Positions 60,891 through 64,000 of a stretch of 64,000 nt of DNA are shown here, piece after piece. The position numbers and the translations under genes are program-made. This stretch comes from an uncultured bacterium (GTDB lineage: Bacteria; Acidobacteriota; Aminicenantia; UBA2199): positions 28,926 to 92,925 of the forward strand of contig CBDUZW010000005.1 in NCBI GenBank assembly GCA_965371805.1. Reading direction: 5' to 3'. Numbering within the stretch: position 1 is the first letter of the stretch; every line of letters begins with the position of its first letter. Below the pieces are notes generated by a model. It ran no database searches. It saw only the letters and a list, made by a program, of their open reading frames with translations, and was not told the DNA's origin.

Positions 60891-60898
60891 TTGCTATT

Positions 60899-61663
60899 TC
60901 AAGAACGAAGATATGATGCACCATTTACATCAATAATTCCTCCAGTGAGAAATTCCGTTCCATCAGAAGCAAGAAATAACACAGTTCTTGCAATCTCCTC
61001 AGGTTTTGCAACTCTTCCCAATGGACTCTGATTTCTTATACTGTCACCAAGCGGGCCATTCAGGATATCTAATGCCATATCAGTCTCAACAAATCCCGGA
61101 GCTATAGAATAAACATAAACATTATCCTTTGCCAGAGCTTTAGCCATTGACTGACTAAAAGAGTTCAGACCACCTTTACTTGCTCCATAAGCAGGTGCCT
61201 CAGGTTCCCCTCTAAATGCCCCCCTGGATGAGATATTTATTACTTTGCCGCCACCATTTTTCTGCATTTCTTTTGCCGCACAATAAGTAATATTTACAGG
61301 CGCAATAAGATTAATTTTAATTGTACGATCCCATTTTTTCTTCCATTCCTCATAGCTGGTCCCGGAAGGAGGATGTTCTTCAAATATCCCGGCATTATTT
61401 ACAACTATGTCAATTCCGCCTAATTTCTCTACAACTTGTTGAACAAGAATTAGTGGTGTCTCCTCTAAAAAGAGATCTCCTTTTATCAAGATATGGCCCG
61501 TACCTTCAAGACTCTTCAGTGCATCCTTTGCAATAGTATCATTTGAATTATAATGAACCGCTACTTTCGCCCCGGCTTTTGCAAACATGGCAGCAGTTTC
61601 AAGTCCTATGCCTCTGGATGATCCGGTTATCAAAACCCTTTTTTTTTCAAAATTAAATTTCAT
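60899..61663 (-). CDS. Short-chain dehydrogenase/reductase (FabG-like)
   Basis: TGSSRGIGLETA...NNAG...catalytic YGASKGGL. Confidence 0.8.
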   Translation of the reverse strand: MKFNFEKKRVLITGSSRGIGLETAAMFAKAGAKVAVHYNSNDTIAKDALKSLEGTGHILIKGDLFLEETPLILVQQVVEKLGGIDIVVNNAGIFEEHPPSGTSYEEWKKKWDRTIKINLIAPVNITYCAAKEMQKNGGGKVINISSRGAFRGEPEAPAYGASKGGLNSFSQSMAKALAKDNVYVYSIAPGFVETDMALDILNGPLGDSIRNQSPLGRVAKPEEIARTVLFLASDGTEFLTGGIIDVNGASYLRS

Positions 61664-61763
61664 ATTTCCTCCAAATCAGTTTATAAATAATAACCAAATT
61701 TCAACTAAATGTATAGCACTCATTTTCTACAAAATTATAACTAATCTTTTTCATTAAAAATAA

Positions 61764-63125
61764 TTGAAAAAAAAAGTTTATTGTCCTATAATTATTCTTA
61801 TGAAAAGGATGATACTTTTAATAATCTGTTTATTAAGTATTTCACTTCACGCTGATATTGTAAAACTGAAAATATCGGGTCCAATCGAATCTATTACTGA
61901 CGAATATATAACCGACTCATTTAAAACAATAAATTCAATGTCCGAAGTTGATCTTGTGATAATTGAAATCGATACTCCAGGAGGATTTGATACATCTATG
62001 CGGTCTATAATCAAAATCATATTCAGTTCTCCTGTCCCGGTAGTAACATTCATCTCCCCTCAGGGTGCAAGAGGCGCATCAGCTGGATTTTTTATTTCAA
62101 TTTCTGCAGATATAGCTGCAATGGCGCCAGGAACAAACATGGGAGCAGCACACCCTGTTTCAATCTTTCCCATCAGCCAGCCAAAAGAGGATGAGAAAAA
62201 TAAAAAAAATACGGAAAAAGAGTCCCAAAAAAATAATAGTATAATGATGGATAAAGTTACAAACGATGCAATCTCCTATATAAAATCCATTGCTAAAACC
62301 CGTGGACGTAATACCCGGTGGGCTATGAAAGCTGTAAGTGATAGCAAATCATATACAGCAGATGAATGCCTTGAAAACAACTTAATTGATTATATAGCAG
62401 CAGATATTAAGCAGCTCCTGGAAAAACTCGATGGAAAAGAGATTATAATGCTTAATGGGAAAAAATTTACTCTGAGTCTAAAAAACAAAAACATAATTGA
62501 AATCGAACTGACTTTTCGTCAAAAGTTTCTAAAAACAATTACAAACCCAAGTCTGGCTTATCTATTATTTATACTTGGAATTGCAGGACTTTATCTGGAA
62601 TTTACTCATCCCGGAGCTATACTTCCGGGAATTATTGGTGGTATATGTCTTTTAATTGCCTTTCTATCATTCCAAATACTTCCAATAAACTATATAGGTT
62701 TACTTCTAGTCCTCCTTTCAATAGGGCTATTTATTGCAGAAATAAAAATTCAGGGATTCGGAATATTAGGAATCGGAGGAATTGTATCATTTTTTCTTGG
62801 TTCTATTATGCTCATAGATGGACCGATCCCTGAGATGAGGCCATCTATGTCACTTATAGCAATTTTATCTATATGTTTCGGATCGACCATCCTTTTTCTT
62901 ACTTATAAAGTTTTTCAGGCAATGAAGAAAAAAGCTTTTTCAGGTGGAAATGCTTTTATAGGCAGGATTGGGATAACAAAATCTGAAGTCTCCTCTATGG
63001 GAGGAACTGTTTTTATTAATGGAGAATGGTGGAATGCCATTTCAGAGGATCATATAAAAAGAGGTAAACAGGTTAAGATTATATCTGTAAAGGAATTATT
63101 ACTTACCGTTGCAGAAGAAAAATAA
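61764..63125 (+). CDS. NfeD-like membrane-bound ClpP-class serine protease
   Basis: Signal peptide. Periplasmic ClpP-like domain (IEIDTPGGFDTSM...GASAGFFISISADIAAMAPGTNMGAAHP). Several TM segments. C-terminal OB-like domain. 453 aa. Followed by an SPFH gene. Confidence 0.7.
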   Translation: MKKKVYCPIIILMKRMILLIICLLSISLHADIVKLKISGPIESITDEYITDSFKTINSMSEVDLVIIEIDTPGGFDTSMRSIIKIIFSSPVPVVTFISPQGARGASAGFFISISADIAAMAPGTNMGAAHPVSIFPISQPKEDEKNKKNTEKESQKNNSIMMDKVTNDAISYIKSIAKTRGRNTRWAMKAVSDSKSYTADECLENNLIDYIAADIKQLLEKLDGKEIIMLNGKKFTLSLKNKNIIEIELTFRQKFLKTITNPSLAYLLFILGIAGLYLEFTHPGAILPGIIGGICLLIAFLSFQILPINYIGLLLVLLSIGLFIAEIKIQGFGILGIGGIVSFFLGSIMLIDGPIPEMRPSMSLIAILSICFGSTILFLTYKVFQAMKKKAFSGGNAFIGRIGITKSEVSSMGGTVFINGEWWNAISEDHIKRGKQVKIISVKELLLTVAEEK

Positions 63126-63144
63126 AATACCTGAGTTGAGACTA

Positions 63145-63324
63145 AGGGCTCGAGTATAAATTAGTTGGGTAATTAGACGATGATAGTGGGTCGATATTTG
63201 AGCGGCATCAGTGATGCTGGTATTAACTAACCTTAAGCATATTAGGTATATGTGTATGGTTCGTTAACGAAGAAGATCGGTTCAATATCAAGTGTAAAAT
63301 CCAAGTTATTTATACTTGAGCCCT
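63145..63324. repeat. 16-bp inverted repeat (AGGGCTCGAGTATAAA / TTTATACTTGAGCCCT, one mismatch) enclosing ~148 nt of relatively GC-richer sequence between nfeD and the stomatin gene
   Basis: Arms at 63145-63160 and 63309-63324. The interior contains further small hairpins, for example GCATCagtGATGC. Confidence 0.6.
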
Positions 63325-63351
63325 AAATCAATTCAGGTAATAGGAGGCACG

Positions 63352-64000
63352 ATGTATCCACTTGCTATTATTGGAGGTTTTTTTCTATTCCTGCTTTTAA
63401 ATTGGATTAAAGTTTTTAATGAGTATGAAAGAGGAGTTGTATTCAGACTTGGGAGATTGGTGGATAAACCAAAAGGTCCAGGTCTTGCTCTGATTTTTTT
63501 CCCTATAGACCGAGTTGTAAGAGTAAGCTTGAGAACCATCGTTCTGGATGTACCTCCTCAGGATGTTATTACAAAGGACAATGTCTCTTTAAAAGTCAAT
63601 GCAGTTGTCTACTGTAGAGTACTAAATCCCAACAGAGCAATAATGGAGGTAAAAGACTATCTATATGCAACTTCACAACTTTCTCAAACAACACTGAGAT
63701 CTGTACTGGGACAGGTTGAGCTAGATGAGTTGCTCTCAGAAAGAGAAAAACTAAATATGAAACTCCAGTCAATTATTGACGAACATACTGATCCATGGGG
63801 TGTAAAAGTATCAATGGTTGAGATCAAATATGTGGATCTTCCGATAGAAATGCAGAGATCAATGGCAAAACAGGCTGAAGCAGAGAGAGAAAGAAGAGCA
63901 AAAGTCATTCATGCTGAAGGTGAATATCAGGCTTCAGAAAAACTTCTTCAGGCTGCAAAAAAAATATCCCAGGACCCCTCAACCCTGCAATTAAGATACC
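63352..64000 (+). CDS. SPFH/band-7 (stomatin-like) protein, N-terminal part; continues past the window end
   Basis: [46 protein letters not shown]...[19 protein letters not shown]...[12 protein letters not shown]. Typical NfeD-stomatin operon. Confidence 0.8.
   Translation, partial: MYPLAIIGGFFLFLLLNWIKVFNEYERGVVFRLGRLVDKPKGPGLALIFFPIDRVVRVSLRTIVLDVPPQDVITKDNVSLKVNAVVYCRVLNPNRAIMEVKDYLYATSQLSQTTLRSVLGQVELDELLSEREKLNMKLQSIIDEHTDPWGVKVSMVEIKYVDLPIEMQRSMAKQAEAERERRAKVIHAEGEYQASEKLLQAAKKISQDPSTLQLRY

Overview
AT-rich bacterial chromosomal segment, roughly one-third G+C by eye and not computed. Genes are densely packed on both strands. Promoters are canonical sigma70 type (TTGACA-17-TATAAT), which argues against a Bacteroidetes-type promoter organism even though the Reg_prop/Y_Y_Y sensors look Bacteroidetes-like. 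I can support about 50 protein-coding genes, one tRNA-Pro, several intrinsic terminators and a few promoters. I saw no CRISPR array, IS element, transposase, integrase or rRNA.

Housekeeping content includes surE, class-II fbaA, recQ, thrC, a tricorn-like protease, M28 and M3 peptidases, and an NfeD/stomatin pair.

The accessory and regulatory content is unusually rich:
- Four large periplasmic Reg_prop/Y_Y_Y sensor proteins with three different outputs. One of them is split by a frameshift at an A10 run.
- A coherent three-gene locus: sensor kinase, sigma54-dependent response regulator, and a sigma54-promoter-driven secreted repeat protein.
- A tight seven-gene LysW (amino-group carrier protein) operon, lysW-HCS-lysX-lysY-[class-II GATase/Ntn hydrolase]-lysZ-lysJ. 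It lacks the usual LysK deacylase and carries a YafJ/EgtC-like gamma-glutamyl hydrolase candidate in its place.
- A chemosensory module in which two tandem secreted beta-carbonic anhydrases precede a methyl-accepting chemotaxis protein. The second anhydrase is in frame, with no stop, to the MCP. Upstream lie an OMP, a tetraheme cytochrome c and a HAMP-only membrane protein, and cheW follows.

The LysW operon and the CA-MCP module are the best candidates for a previously undescribed system. Other observations are a ~165-bp diverged direct repeat present twice about 51 kb apart (a candidate ncRNA or regulatory element) and several gene remnants: secA lacking NBD1, an OMP C-terminal fragment, and a DUF4143 ATPase C-terminal fragment. 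All calls come from reading the sequence and motif recognition; no database search was run.
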